Source: Myxococcota bacterium (GTDB lineage: Bacteria > Myxococcota_A > UBA9160 > UBA4427). From it: 64,000 nucleotides of DNA. This document shows positions 29,824 through 40,026 of the stretch, in pieces. The notes beneath the pieces are model-generated. The model had not been told where the DNA came from and ran no database searches. It saw nothing but the letters and a program-made list of their open reading frames with translations. The position numbers were made by a program, and so were the translations under genes. The stretch is from positions 444,823 to 508,822 of the forward strand of contig JBGCEJ010000023.1 of NCBI GenBank assembly GCA_045106235.1, given 5' to 3'. How positions within the stretch are numbered: position 1 is the stretch's first letter; each line of letters begins with the position of its first letter.

Positions 29824-31422
29824 ATGACGACCCGCGCGCTCTCGCCCCGACCTCAATCGACACGCCCCACCGCACCCCCGAAACACGGACTCTTGTCTCG
29901 GGTATTCCCCCTCGCGATGGCCACGGTCTTCCTCGGCCACGCCGTCCCAGAACGCGTTCATGCCGAGGAATGGAGCTTTATCGGCGCGCGCTACCAGGGC
30001 ATGGGCGGCGCAGGTGTGGCACTCGTCGATGATGAGCACGCGTCCTATTGGAACCCGGGCGCCCTCGCCTTCGGCAAGACCTATGGCGGCAGCCTCACAA
30101 CGGGCGCCCAGGTCGCGGCCGAAGGCACAATCCTTCAGGACATCGACCGGGTTGCCAATTTCCTCGATGACCTCGGCGACGGCGAGTTTGATCAGCTCGT
30201 TGATGATCTCGAAGCGGGCAACCCCATCGATCCGGATCAGCTTGCCACCGCCATTAACTTGGCCACAGTCGAGCTCCCCGCACTAGCGGGCAAAGGCGAA
30301 GGCGTCATTGGATCCGTGAATGCCGCGCTACTCCTGCGCAAAGACCGAATCGCGATCTCCGGAATCGGCAACGGGTTCTTCGCCGCGGATCCGGTCTTCG
30401 ACAGCGAGAACCTCTCCGTTTCAAGTCTGACCGGAGATGCGGCGGTCGACCAACTGATCGCCCCCGGTAGCGCGATGGACCGATATGCCCCAGGCGAAGC
30501 ACCGGATGTGGTCGCCGAAATCGAAGCGCTCTTCGTGAGCGTCGGCTCCACTGCGCCGAACCTCCAAGCCGAAGAACTCGTCTTCCAAGCGGAACAGGCC
30601 GGCGTCAATGTCCGCAGTGGCGCCGTCGCCAGCGGCCTCATCGATCTGATCAATGCCACGGTCACCACCGCCACCGGTAATTTCGCGGACAACGGCTCTG
30701 GCGCTTTCGTCCGAGGCCTCGCTGTCGAAGAAGTCGGCTTCGCTTACGCGCATCCCTTCCTGAAGGATCGCATCGGCATCGGCGGCAACCTCAAGTACAT
30801 GGTCGGCACGACCTTCAATAAATTCGTGCGCTACGACGATGTCGAAAGTGGCAGCGACCTGCTCGATGAAATCGGAAGCAGCCGTCGCCGAGAAACCACG
30901 CATACGGCATCCCTCGATCTCGGTTTGCTCGCCAAGCCCTTCGAGTGGCTCCGCTTCGGACTCACCGCGCGCAATATCACCAGCCCTGAGTTCGATCTTG
31001 CCCGGGACCCGACGCGCCCCGGCGGCCGAAGCACGCTCACCCTCGACCCTCAAGTTCGTGCGGGCGCGGCACTTTGGGTTCTGCCCAACTGGACGATCGC
31101 CTTCGACGCAGACCTCACGAAAAACGAATCCGCCCTCCTCGACGGCTTTGAGTCTCGCATCATCTCCCTCGGCACGGAGTACAAGATCCCGCTCTGGAAG
31201 GTCGCCCTCGCCCTCCGCGGCGGTGCCTACCTGAACACGGAATCCGAGAGCAAAGACGCGATTGCCCTCACCGGAGGTCTTGGACTCAACGTGTTCGGGT
31301 TCAACCTCGACCTCGCCGTCGGCGCATCGCCGAAAACCCAGCAAGTCGAGGCCGCAGGAGACGAAGAGATCCCGTCCCGCGCGAACGTGTCGGCGATGAT
31401 TTCCTACCGAAAGGTCTTCTAA
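29824..31422 (+). CDS. TraF-like outer-membrane beta-barrel protein
   Basis: Signal peptide, GARYQGMGGAGVA...ASYWNPGALA, GLTARNITSPEF, LDPQVRAG and C-terminal Phe. Confidence 0.72.
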   Translation: MTTRALSPRPQSTRPTAPPKHGLLSRVFPLAMATVFLGHAVPERVHAEEWSFIGARYQGMGGAGVALVDDEHASYWNPGALAFGKTYGGSLTTGAQVAAEGTILQDIDRVANFLDDLGDGEFDQLVDDLEAGNPIDPDQLATAINLATVELPALAGKGEGVIGSVNAALLLRKDRIAISGIGNGFFAADPVFDSENLSVSSLTGDAAVDQLIAPGSAMDRYAPGEAPDVVAEIEALFVSVGSTAPNLQAEELVFQAEQAGVNVRSGAVASGLIDLINATVTTATGNFADNGSGAFVRGLAVEEVGFAYAHPFLKDRIGIGGNLKYMVGTTFNKFVRYDDVESGSDLLDEIGSSRRRETTHTASLDLGLLAKPFEWLRFGLTARNITSPEFDLARDPTRPGGRSTLTLDPQVRAGAALWVLPNWTIAFDADLTKNESALLDGFESRIISLGTEYKIPLWKVALALRGGAYLNTESESKDAIALTGGLGLNVFGFNLDLAVGASPKTQQVEAAGDEEIPSRANVSAMISYRKVF

Positions 31423-31441
31423 GACGGCGCGGAGGCCCCGG

Positions 31442-32503
31442 CTAGTCGGGGTACTCGACCCGGGCCGTGCCCTTGGCCACGCCCTGACAGGTCAGTACCC
31501 AGCCTTCGTCGATTTGTCGCTGATCGATGCCGCCATCGTTCATCACCATCTCGACGTCACCCGACGTGACTTTCGCCATGCAGCAGCCGCAATACGCTTC
31601 TTCACAGGCGAAGGGCGGTTCCAAGCCGACGCGGCGTGCTGCCGCGAGGATGGTCTCTCCGTCGGCGACCGAGATTTCCGTTTCCTTCCCGTCGAGTCGA
31701 ATCGTGACGACGTTTCCATCGGCGGCATCGGCCGCATTTGCCTCCACCTCGCCACTCGGCGTGTCTGGAGACTCGAAGCGCTCGATAAAAATTTGTTCTG
31801 CCGGAATCGCGAGACTGGCAAGGCCCGCCTCGACGACATCCATGAAGGGGCCGGGACCACAGATGTAAAAGTCGGCGTCCATCTGAGAGCCGATCTGCTG
31901 GACGATCGCGGCGGCATCCACATAGCCATGAACATCATCAAGACGGTGGACCACTTCGAGCCGGTCCGAATTCGCCGCATGCAACTTGGACAGTTCTTCC
32001 TTGAAGATGATCGATTGATCATCGCGGTTCGCGTAGACCAGCTTGATCGGACGCGACGTCGTCTCAAGCGCCGTCTTCAAAATCGAAATCACAGGCGTAA
32101 CGCCCGAGCCACCGCCAAAAAGAACGATCGGCGTCTGCTGATCTCGCAGACAGAAAACACCGTTCGGCGGCATCACCTCCAGGGTATCGCCGACCTTAAC
32201 CTGGTCGTTCATCCAGTTCGACGCGCGGCCATCGACCACCCGCTTGACCGTCACTTTATGCTGGGCATCGATTCCGGGCGCGCTGGCCAAGGAATAACAT
32301 CGGACCAGGCGCTTTCCGTCGACTTCGATTCGAAAAGACAGAAACTGGCCAGACAAATAGGAGAAGCGCTCTGCGAGTTCCTGCGGCACATCAAACACGA
32401 AAGACTTGGCGTCCGCAGTTTCCTCGATCACGTTCGCGACGCGCAGATTGAAATAGGGTCCACCCTCTTGGTCAATCGGCGCAGCATTTTCCACAGACGT
32501 CAT
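31442..32503 (-). CDS. FAD/NAD(P)H reductase with C-terminal 2Fe-2S domain (KshB/PaaE-like)
   Basis: RCYSLAS, GGSGVTP, YICGPGPFM and CEEAYCGCC...LTC motifs. Confidence 0.85.
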   Translation of the reverse strand: MTSVENAAPIDQEGGPYFNLRVANVIEETADAKSFVFDVPQELAERFSYLSGQFLSFRIEVDGKRLVRCYSLASAPGIDAQHKVTVKRVVDGRASNWMNDQVKVGDTLEVMPPNGVFCLRDQQTPIVLFGGGSGVTPVISILKTALETTSRPIKLVYANRDDQSIIFKEELSKLHAANSDRLEVVHRLDDVHGYVDAAAIVQQIGSQMDADFYICGPGPFMDVVEAGLASLAIPAEQIFIERFESPDTPSGEVEANAADAADGNVVTIRLDGKETEISVADGETILAAARRVGLEPPFACEEAYCGCCMAKVTSGDVEMVMNDGGIDQRQIDEGWVLTCQGVAKGTARVEYPD

Positions 32504-32567
32504 TCTCCGTTGTTCTCCTGTTCTCACGTGTTGTCCTTCTCGCGGACTGTCCTTCGCACGTCTTCTC

Positions 32568-32595
32568 TGATCGGCGAACGGCTCCGGAATTTAAC
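32568..32595 (-). promoter_or_regulatory. possible sigma-28-like promoter upstream of the KshB-like gene
   Basis: Minus strand GTTAAA-N14-GCCGATCA (variant -35). Confidence 0.35.
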
Positions 32596-32628
32596 ACGTA
32601 TACGGCCGAGGGGTTCTTCGCCCGGCTT

Positions 32629-33582
32629 TTATGACGATGCATCAAGCCATTCTCGGGGCGGCAGGAAGTCGGTGTACAGCTTCGCCTCCACGGTCCCGGG
32701 CTCAGGCGACCAATCATATTTCCAGGACACCTGGGACGGAAGTGAGGCAAGGACAGATTCCGTCCGGGCCCCTGCCTCGAGGCCAAAGCGGGTCCCTCGA
32801 TCCTGGAGCAGATTGAACTCGACGTAGCGACCGCGGCGGTAGAGCTGGAACTCCCGCTCTCGCTCACCCCAAGCCATCCCGATTCGGCGCCGAGCGATCG
32901 GTTCGTATGCCAGGAGAAACGCATCCGCCGTGCTCTTCCAGAAAGCAAAAGCCGACGCGAATCCACCCTCGTCGAAATCGTCGTAAAACAGCCCCCCGAT
33001 TCCGCGCGCTTCATCGCGATGGGGCAGATAGAAATAGCGGTCACAGTTGGCTTTGAAGCGCGGATACAGCTGCTGCCCAAAGGGGTCACAGGCCGTGCGC
33101 GCCGTCTGATGCCAATGCACCGCGTCTTCTTCGAATCCGTAATACGGCGTGCAGTCGAAGCCCCCACCGAACCACCAAACGGGCACCTGTCCGGCTTCTC
33201 CTTTCGCCTCAAAGAAGCGAAAATTCGCATGACAGGTCGGCACGTAGGGATTCTGAGGATGCACGATCAACGAGACAGAGATGGCTTCATAGGTTCGCCC
33301 TTCGAGCTCCGGGCGACGCTCGGTGGCTGCGGCGGGCATGCGCTGACCAAAGCTCTGGGTGAAGTTGACCGCGGCCTTCTCGATCACGGCCCCGGCCTCG
33401 AGTACGCGCGGCCGGGAGACGCCTCCGCCCGCACGGGGGAGTTCTTCGCGGCGGAAAACCGCGCCGTCTTCGAGGCCTTCGAGCATGCTGCAGACGCGAT
33501 CTTGAAAGCCGTCGAGATAGGCGCGCACCGCGGCCCCGTCCGGCAGATCCTGCCGCGTCGATCCCAAATGATCCTCGGTCAT
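32629..33582 (-). CDS. hemF: oxygen-dependent coproporphyrinogen III oxidase
   Basis: HPQNPYVPTCHANFR, WWFGGGFD, RGIGGLFYDD and RRGRYVEFNL motifs. Confidence 0.95.
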   Translation of the reverse strand: MTEDHLGSTRQDLPDGAAVRAYLDGFQDRVCSMLEGLEDGAVFRREELPRAGGGVSRPRVLEAGAVIEKAAVNFTQSFGQRMPAAATERRPELEGRTYEAISVSLIVHPQNPYVPTCHANFRFFEAKGEAGQVPVWWFGGGFDCTPYYGFEEDAVHWHQTARTACDPFGQQLYPRFKANCDRYFYLPHRDEARGIGGLFYDDFDEGGFASAFAFWKSTADAFLLAYEPIARRRIGMAWGEREREFQLYRRGRYVEFNLLQDRGTRFGLEAGARTESVLASLPSQVSWKYDWSPEPGTVEAKLYTDFLPPREWLDASS

Positions 33583-33780
33583 GAAACGAATTCGCCTCCC
33601 AAATGGCTGTCGCGAGGGGCTGCCAAGAGCGGATGGGGCCCTGCTGCCCTCTCTCGCGGGCTTGGAGGCTACCTCATCTACGAAACCGCGTAGAGGGCAT
33701 GGCCCGTTCACACGGCCCCCGATAGACTGCGCCGCCTCCACTGCGCCCCAGCCGATCGGGCCGATCGAAACGAGGAAACC

Positions 33781-34962
33781 GTGTCAGCCGCCTCCGAATC
33801 CAACGCAACCTCCCCGCCCACCCAGCGCCCTGCGCGGCCCCAATTTTCATCGGGGCCCTGCGCCAAACGGCCCGGCTGGGCTCCAGAAGCTCTTGCAGGA
33901 GCGCTCATCGGCCGATCCCACCGTGCTGCCCCCGCGAAAGCCCGGATTCAGGAAGTCTCAGACCGCAGCCGGGCCATCCTCGGCATCCCCGATGACTGGA
34001 AATTGGGCATCGTCCCAGGCTCCGACACCGGAGCCGTCGAGCTCGCCCTTTGGTCCCTGCTGGGCGCCCGGGGCGTCGACATGTTGGCTTGGGAGAGCTT
34101 CGGCTCCGGCTGGGTCAGCGATGTCGCCAAGCAGTTAAAGTTAGAAGATCAGCGCTTGATTGAAGCGGACTACGGCGCCCTTCCCGATTTGAATCAGGTC
34201 GACTTCAACCGCGACGTGGTTTTCACCTGGAACGGCACCACCTCAGGCGTCCGCGTCCCGAACGCGGACTGGATTCCGAAAGACCGCGCCGGGCTGACCA
34301 TCTGCGACGCAACTTCTGCGGTGTTCGCGATGAACGTCGAATGGGAAAAGCTCGACGTGGTGACATGGTCCTGGCAAAAGGTATTGGGCGGCGAAGCGGC
34401 GCACGGCATGCTGGCCCTCTCGCCTCGCGCAGTCGAACGCCTTGAGTCCTACACGCCGCCCTGGCCTATGCCCAAGCTCTTCCGCCTTACGAAGAATGGC
34501 AAGCTGAACGCCAGCATCTTTAGTGGTGCAACGATTAATACGCCGTCGATGCTCGCGGTCGAAGATGCCGTCGACGCCCTGCGTTGGGCTGAATCGGTCG
34601 GGGGCCTGCCGGGTCTGATCGATCGATCCGAGGCCAACCTCGCGGCGGTCACGCGTTGGGTCGATGCCTCTACGTGGGCCGGCTTCCTCGCCTCAGATCC
34701 TGCGACCCGGTCCTGTACGTCCATGTGTTTGCGCGTGGTGGACGCCTGGGCGGCGGAACGCGACGCGGAGACGGTGGGCGCGACGGTGAAAGCCGCAACG
34801 AAGCTCCTGGACGCTGAAGGTGTGGCCTACGATATTGGTTCATATCGCGATGCGCCGACGGGCCTTCGCATCTGGGGCGGCGCCACGGTCGAAACCGCGG
34901 ACATCGAAGCACTCCTGCCTTGGCTCGACTGGGCATGGGCCGAAGCCAAGTCAAAAGCGTAA
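33781..34962 (+). CDS. serC: phosphoserine aminotransferase (Methanosarcina/alphaproteobacterial type)
   Basis: [34 protein letters not shown] and [11 protein letters not shown] motifs. Confidence 0.92.
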   Translation: MSAASESNATSPPTQRPARPQFSSGPCAKRPGWAPEALAGALIGRSHRAAPAKARIQEVSDRSRAILGIPDDWKLGIVPGSDTGAVELALWSLLGARGVDMLAWESFGSGWVSDVAKQLKLEDQRLIEADYGALPDLNQVDFNRDVVFTWNGTTSGVRVPNADWIPKDRAGLTICDATSAVFAMNVEWEKLDVVTWSWQKVLGGEAAHGMLALSPRAVERLESYTPPWPMPKLFRLTKNGKLNASIFSGATINTPSMLAVEDAVDALRWAESVGGLPGLIDRSEANLAAVTRWVDASTWAGFLASDPATRSCTSMCLRVVDAWAAERDAETVGATVKAATKLLDAEGVAYDIGSYRDAPTGLRIWGGATVETADIEALLPWLDWAWAEAKSKA

Positions 34963-35019
34963 AGAAACGTAAAGAGGCCGCGGCCCAGAGACGGGAAAGA
35001 CCTGGCTGGCCAAGAGTCG

Positions 35020-35715
35020 TTAGTCGCTGATCGCGACCTGGAGTGCCTCCAGGCGCTGGATCTTTTCTTCTTGTGCTCGAAGGCGGTCCTTCTTCACGTC
35101 GAGTTCTGAGCGGACCGAAGCATAAAGCTGCTCTTGGTTGTCCATCCGCTTCCGCATGCGGGCCTCATTCAGCTTGGCGCTCTGAAGCGCCTCCTCGAGC
35201 TTCGTCGCCTGCTCGCGACGCTCGTTCAGCTCAACCTGCAAAGGCTGAAGCGCCTCGTCGACTTGCTCTGATGCAGCGCGAGCCGGGGCCGACGCGGCAA
35301 GAAGCGCCTGTGCCGACTCCGCCGCCTCCCGCTCCAGCTTCTCAACGCGACTCGCGAGTCCTGCGCGTTCCGATTCCGCGGAGCGAGCGAGCTGTTCGGC
35401 GCGTTCGAGTTCTTCCCCAAGTTCGCTGATCCGGGCCGCTGTCCCCATCGGCTGGTCAAGCATTTTGCCCTGCTTGGCCTGCCGTTTCTTGGTCTTGTCG
35501 GCCTTCTTCCGAAACTCGGCGAGCTCTTCCGCCTGCTTCTTGCGCGCTCGCACCTCGCGATCGAGCTTTTCATTCAGATCCTGGCTTTGGGCAAGCGTCG
35601 TTTCCTTCTCCGCTTCAAGGTCCGAAACCCGAGCGAGGGCCGAGCGCCAAAGGCCTCCAAGAATCAAAGCAAGGACAGCCGCGCCGCCCGCAATCAAAAG
35701 CATTCCATTCTCCAC
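35020..35715 (-). CDS. membrane-anchored coiled-coil protein
   Basis: N-terminal TM helix followed by a long heptad-rich E/K/R/A region; AGGAG RBS. Confidence 0.7.
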   Translation of the reverse strand: MENGMLLIAGGAAVLALILGGLWRSALARVSDLEAEKETTLAQSQDLNEKLDREVRARKKQAEELAEFRKKADKTKKRQAKQGKMLDQPMGTAARISELGEELERAEQLARSAESERAGLASRVEKLEREAAESAQALLAASAPARAASEQVDEALQPLQVELNERREQATKLEEALQSAKLNEARMRKRMDNQEQLYASVRSELDVKKDRLRAQEEKIQRLEALQVAISD

Positions 35716-35825
35716 TGCCCTACTCCTGGGTCGATCTCATGAATCGATGAGATTCCGCGCGGACCATTCTACACTCCTCAGCCCGGCCCGCGTAGCGCGA
35801 GCCGTCCACACACAGGAGGCTCGAA

Positions 35826-36617
35826 TTGGGCCAGCCCGACCGACTCATCCGCGCGGCCAACGTGCTTTCTGACGTGCTTGAACCCATGCGCTTCCAAGGC
35901 CCGGTGACCCACGTCTACAATCCGCTGCGACACGCCGGTCGGGGCTACCGGCGGTACCTCAGACGCTTCGCAGAGGGCACGAAAAGGGTTGTCTTTCTGG
36001 GAATGAATCCCGGCCCCTACGGCATGACCCAGACCGGAGTCCCCTTCGGCGAAATCGCGAGCGTGCGGGACTGGATGGGCATCGAGGAGAAAATTGATCG
36101 CCCCGACAACGAACATCCGAAGCGCCCCGTCGACGGATTCGCCTGCACCCGGGGCGAGGTCAGCGGCGCGCGCGTCTGGGGCGCCATCGCTGAGCATTGG
36201 GGAGCGCCCGAAGCGTTTTTCGCGGACCATTTCATCTCCAACTATTGCCCCCTCGTTTTCATGGAAGAAAGCGGCCGAAACAGAACACCCGACAAACTGT
36301 CTGTGTCCGAACGCAAAGGGCTCTATGCGGCCTGCGATGCGCACTTGATTCGGGTGATTCAGATTCTCGAGCCTGAATGGGTAGTCGGCATCGGCGCATT
36401 CGCCGAAGCCCGAGCGCGTCTCGTCCTCGAAGATCATCCCGACTTCAACCTCAAATTCGGGCGCGTGCTTCACCCCAGCCCGGCGAGCCCGAAAGCGAAT
36501 CGCAACTGGGCAGGAGAAGCTGCAAAGGAACTGCGCGCACTCGGGCTGTGTCCGAAGACGTCGGGGCGACGAAAAAAGACGCCCCGGAAAGCGACCTTAA
36601 AAAGAAACGCGAAATGA
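35826..36617 (+). CDS. SMUG1-family uracil-DNA glycosylase
   Basis: FLGMNPGPYGMTQTGVPFG, EVSGAR, NYCPL and LHPSPASP motifs. Confidence 0.9.
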   Translation: MGQPDRLIRAANVLSDVLEPMRFQGPVTHVYNPLRHAGRGYRRYLRRFAEGTKRVVFLGMNPGPYGMTQTGVPFGEIASVRDWMGIEEKIDRPDNEHPKRPVDGFACTRGEVSGARVWGAIAEHWGAPEAFFADHFISNYCPLVFMEESGRNRTPDKLSVSERKGLYAACDAHLIRVIQILEPEWVVGIGAFAEARARLVLEDHPDFNLKFGRVLHPSPASPKANRNWAGEAAKELRALGLCPKTSGRRKKTPRKATLKRNAK

Positions 36618-36705
36618 AGCGTTGCGCGGTATTCTCCCCAATCCGTTTTTCCGTTTGCTTGAGGCGTCCTGAAATCAAGGCCGCCGCGATCAGGAGTTTC
36701 AATCC

Positions 36706-37530
36706 ATGAAGCGCAATCCGTCCTCCACGCAGCTCTCCTCTTCTTTGACGAGCGAAAGCTTCGTTGGCACCAAACTCAATCGTCATCGTCTTGGGGGCCA
36801 ATCAGGCTCTCAACTTGGCTTTCAACTTGGCTTTCAACTTGGCTTTAGCGCTGTCCGACGGGCGCTGACCGTGCTGTTTCTCGCGATGTTCTTTTTCGGA
36901 TGCGCCGATCAGGGCGGCGAAGCAACCGCAAGCGAGCCGGACCCGACGATCACTTCCATTGATGCCTTCATCAAATCGAGCGGAATCGACAAGAGCAATC
37001 CTCGCTGGCGCACGCGCCTGAAGCAGCCGCCCGTCGCAAAATTCGACGCCAGCAAGACCTACTACTGGAAACTCGACACGTCGGTCGGCGAAGTTGTTTT
37101 CAAGATGATGCCCGAGATCGCCCCGAAGCACGTCACGAGCACCTTTTATCTGACGCGGCTCGGCTTCTACGACACGCTCTCGTTCCACCGCGTGATTAAG
37201 GGATTCATGGCGCAGGGCGGCGATCCCCTCGGAAACGGCCGCGGCAACCCCGGCTATAAATACGCGGGCGAGTTTGATCCCTCCGTCGTTCACGACACCG
37301 GAGGTCTCCTCTCGATGGCCAACGCCGGCCCGCGGACCGACGGCAGCCAGTTCTTCATCACCTTCAAGGCCACGCCCCACCTCGACGGAAAGCACACGAT
37401 CTTCGGAAAGGCAGAGTCCCCCGGCAGCCTCGAAACGATCAAGAAGATGGAAGCACTCGGCGGCGGTGGTCGAAGCCAGAAGCCGGTCCAGCCGATCACG
37501 ATCAAGCGCGCGACAATCCTGATCGAATAG
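36706..37530 (+). CDS. cyclophilin-type peptidyl-prolyl isomerase, probable lipoprotein
   Basis: FHRVIKGFMAQGGD, SMANAG, GSQFFIT and HLDGKHTIFG motifs; FFFGC lipobox. Confidence 0.9.
   Translation: MKRNPSSTQLSSSLTSESFVGTKLNRHRLGGQSGSQLGFQLGFQLGFSAVRRALTVLFLAMFFFGCADQGGEATASEPDPTITSIDAFIKSSGIDKSNPRWRTRLKQPPVAKFDASKTYYWKLDTSVGEVVFKMMPEIAPKHVTSTFYLTRLGFYDTLSFHRVIKGFMAQGGDPLGNGRGNPGYKYAGEFDPSVVHDTGGLLSMANAGPRTDGSQFFITFKATPHLDGKHTIFGKAESPGSLETIKKMEALGGGGRSQKPVQPITIKRATILIE
36811..36846 (+). repeat. 12-bp tandem repeat x3 in the PPIase leader
   Basis: (CAACTTGGCTTT)3 encoding QLGF x3, preceded by a degenerate copy. Confidence 0.9.
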
Positions 37531-37594
37531 GGCTCCCGGAGTCATTGCTCGCCAGGCCTGCGGAGGCGTGCCGCCCGGGCTTCCGGGCTGCGCG

Positions 37595-38473
37595 TTACGC
37601 TTCGGGCTCCTCGGACGGAGGGGCTTCGAGGGGTTCAAGCAGCCCGTGTCGGCCGACGGAGAAGCGGTCAGTCTTGACCGTTTCCTCGCCTGCGTTTGCG
37701 CCCCCTCCGTCGCCCCCGCCGTATAGCCGCTGGCGGAGAATCGCCGTCACGGACGCTTCGTCTTGCCCCGGCAAACTGAGGCATCGAATCATCAGCGCGG
37801 GATGAAAAGTTTCAGCTGCCTCGGCCCCGGCTTCGGATGGACTCAAGTCGGCCCGTTCGAGCGAGCCCGCCGCTTCGAGGCCCTCTTCGATCGTTCGCGC
37901 CTTGGCCCGGGACGCGTCGCTCGATTGATCTACAACGAATAGAAAGCGGCTGCCGGGCGACGAGGTCTTTTTCTTCGATCCCGCCCCTTCTGAGCGCGCC
38001 CGCATGACGGCTCCCGCCGCCCCGAGCCACTGCGCCAAATCCCGTGCGCCCAGAGGCATCGAAGCAGGCTCCTCCCGAGTCGCAGCGGCCGCGTGCAAGT
38101 GAGCCTCTTCGCCGCGCCAAACCGTCATAAAGAGATCTCCCTGCGTCAGCTCTAGGATCTCCTGCGTCCCGCTCGCGAGATCGTGCAGCGCAATCTGCAC
38201 GCGACTCTCCCAGTTCGCGCGCCGGGGGTCTCCCTCGGCGACGTCCTCATCTCCGCCCGAACTGCTGGGTCGCTCGAGGACTTGGATCGCGCGGGCCCCC
38301 TTCTTCCGACGCCGACCGAGTTTTGCGTATCCCGAGACATCGTCGTACAGGACGTCTCCGGGCTCGAAACGGAAAGCGGCGATCGCTGAAGAGAAAGCCT
38401 CAGGTACAGGCCAGGAGAACCCCCTAAAGAAGCTCAGGTCCAAGTTCGAAGCCTGCTTTGCATTACCGCTCAT
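37595..38473 (-). CDS. hypothetical protein
   Basis: 292-aa ORF with GGAG RBS that fills the gap; no motif recognised. Confidence 0.6.
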   Translation of the reverse strand: MSGNAKQASNLDLSFFRGFSWPVPEAFSSAIAAFRFEPGDVLYDDVSGYAKLGRRRKKGARAIQVLERPSSSGGDEDVAEGDPRRANWESRVQIALHDLASGTQEILELTQGDLFMTVWRGEEAHLHAAAATREEPASMPLGARDLAQWLGAAGAVMRARSEGAGSKKKTSSPGSRFLFVVDQSSDASRAKARTIEEGLEAAGSLERADLSPSEAGAEAAETFHPALMIRCLSLPGQDEASVTAILRQRLYGGGDGGGANAGEETVKTDRFSVGRHGLLEPLEAPPSEEPEA

Positions 38474-38701
38474 ATCCGCGCTCCATTCGGCCTTACCGAT
38501 AGCCCCGCAGGGGCCTCGGGGGTGAATCCTCGATCAACGTCCCCTGGGGATCATTCTCAAACACTTCCCAACATACCGTTTTCAATGTGCTTTCCCAAGA
38601 TCTGCCTTGCCCCGTTCAGGATCGAGTTGACATCCATGTCGACTTCTGACCAAATAGTGACCCTGGTCCACACAAACTGCATAAAACTCGGAGGAAACCC
38701 T

Positions 38702-39925
38702 TTGGCCGCTGAAATGTCCCCCCTCTCGAACGCCTCAGCCCAGACCGACCTGAACCCCGACCTTTCAGCAGACACGAACCCGACCTCCGAGACGACAGCC
38801 GCAAGCGGACTGAACGATGCGCCGGCGCCCAAACTCTCCCCTCAGGACTCAGTCGATTTCCTGATGCATCCCGTCGAGATCGCAAAGGGACTCCGCGCCG
38901 CAGAAAACTACCTCAGCAGCTTCCGCTCCGAAGAAAGCCGCAAAACAGCGGAGGAAGCCCTTGAGACCTTGGCCACCGTGGTCAGCGGCGGCAAATGCGA
39001 CAGCCTTGAGTTTCCTTGGCAGCAGATCCAGCCCTACCACGGCGCTGCGGCCCTCACGATTCTGAAAGAAAAAGGGACGCCCGCACGCGTCGAGGCGCTG
39101 CGCTGTCGCAAGGACTCGACCCGCAGCTACCGCGTCGTCCCCGAAGCCTACCCCGCCCGCCAGGTCCAGAAGATTCGCAGCACGCTCAGCAAGGTCATCG
39201 AGGAATGCACCGAGCTTGGCTTCCTTGAGAACACTGAATTCGTCGAAGAAGCCCCCCCGCAGAAAAGCGCCAAGAAATCGACGCGCGGTGCGGCCGCATC
39301 GAAAACCTCGAAGGCAGCGACCAAGGCCTCGGCTCGCGGGCGCTTGCTCGGGGACGGCGAACTCCGTGCCCTGGTGGCTGCATCCGCCATGGCGGCGAAC
39401 GCGGACGGGCGCCGGGATGCGGTGCTCTTCTCGCTCGTTTACCGCGGGCTGAAGATCGCTGAGATTACGAGCCTGACCGTCGAGAGCGTGAAGTTCAGCA
39501 ACAAGACGGGCGCATGCCAGATCGTCGCCGCTCCCACCACAAGTGGCGGCCGGGGTCGTCGCGTGGAGCTCACGAACGATGAGCTGATCATCCTTGAAGA
39601 TTGGCTCGACGAACGTGGGGACGGCGCAGGCCCCCTGCTCTGCACGACCGGCAAGACGGCGGGCGGCAAGCGACTCACGATCGCCATGCTGAAGGAAATT
39701 TGTACGCTGCGCGCCGAACAGGCCAAGGTCGCGGAATTCGTCCCCAACGATCTGAGCCGCAGCGCAGAGGCGCTGTCGCAATACCGCAAGAACGTTCGAC
39801 GGAAGTCTGCAAAGCACGCTCAGGAGTCTCTCAGCGCCGCTGAGCAGGTTCTCTTTGACGGCGACCTGGTCCCGGATGAATCAGGAGAGATGATTCGCTT
39901 CCCGTTCCTAGGGCTAAGTAGCTAA
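38702..39925 (+). CDS. tyrosine recombinase homologue lacking catalytic residues
   Basis: GRLLGDGELRAL, GRRDAVLFSLVYRGLKIAEITSL, LEDWLDERGDGAGPLL and FVPNDLSR; TTG start with GGAGG RBS. Confidence 0.75.
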   Translation: MAAEMSPLSNASAQTDLNPDLSADTNPTSETTAASGLNDAPAPKLSPQDSVDFLMHPVEIAKGLRAAENYLSSFRSEESRKTAEEALETLATVVSGGKCDSLEFPWQQIQPYHGAAALTILKEKGTPARVEALRCRKDSTRSYRVVPEAYPARQVQKIRSTLSKVIEECTELGFLENTEFVEEAPPQKSAKKSTRGAAASKTSKAATKASARGRLLGDGELRALVAASAMAANADGRRDAVLFSLVYRGLKIAEITSLTVESVKFSNKTGACQIVAAPTTSGGRGRRVELTNDELIILEDWLDERGDGAGPLLCTTGKTAGGKRLTIAMLKEICTLRAEQAKVAEFVPNDLSRSAEALSQYRKNVRRKSAKHAQESLSAAEQVLFDGDLVPDESGEMIRFPFLGLSS

Positions 39926-39970
39926 AACCCTTCATTTACAAGGGCTTACGACCCAAGTTAGAGCTTTTTT

Positions 39971-39999
39971 CTCAAGCAACGAGAATGCAGGCCCGATGT
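39971..39999 (+). promoter_or_regulatory. sigma-28-like promoter upstream of the PilZ gene
   Basis: CTCAAG-N15-CCCGATGT. Confidence 0.6.
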
Positions 40000-40026
40000 G
40001 AGAAATATCACAGGGGAGCAAACTCG

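Noticed and set aside
29824-31422. Conjugative element
   Set aside because: No relaxase, VirB4, coupling protein or other tra genes in the window.
32590-32603. KstR box upstream of the KshB-like gene (TTTAACACGTATAC)
   Set aside because: The right half-site has two mismatches to the consensus; too weak to call.
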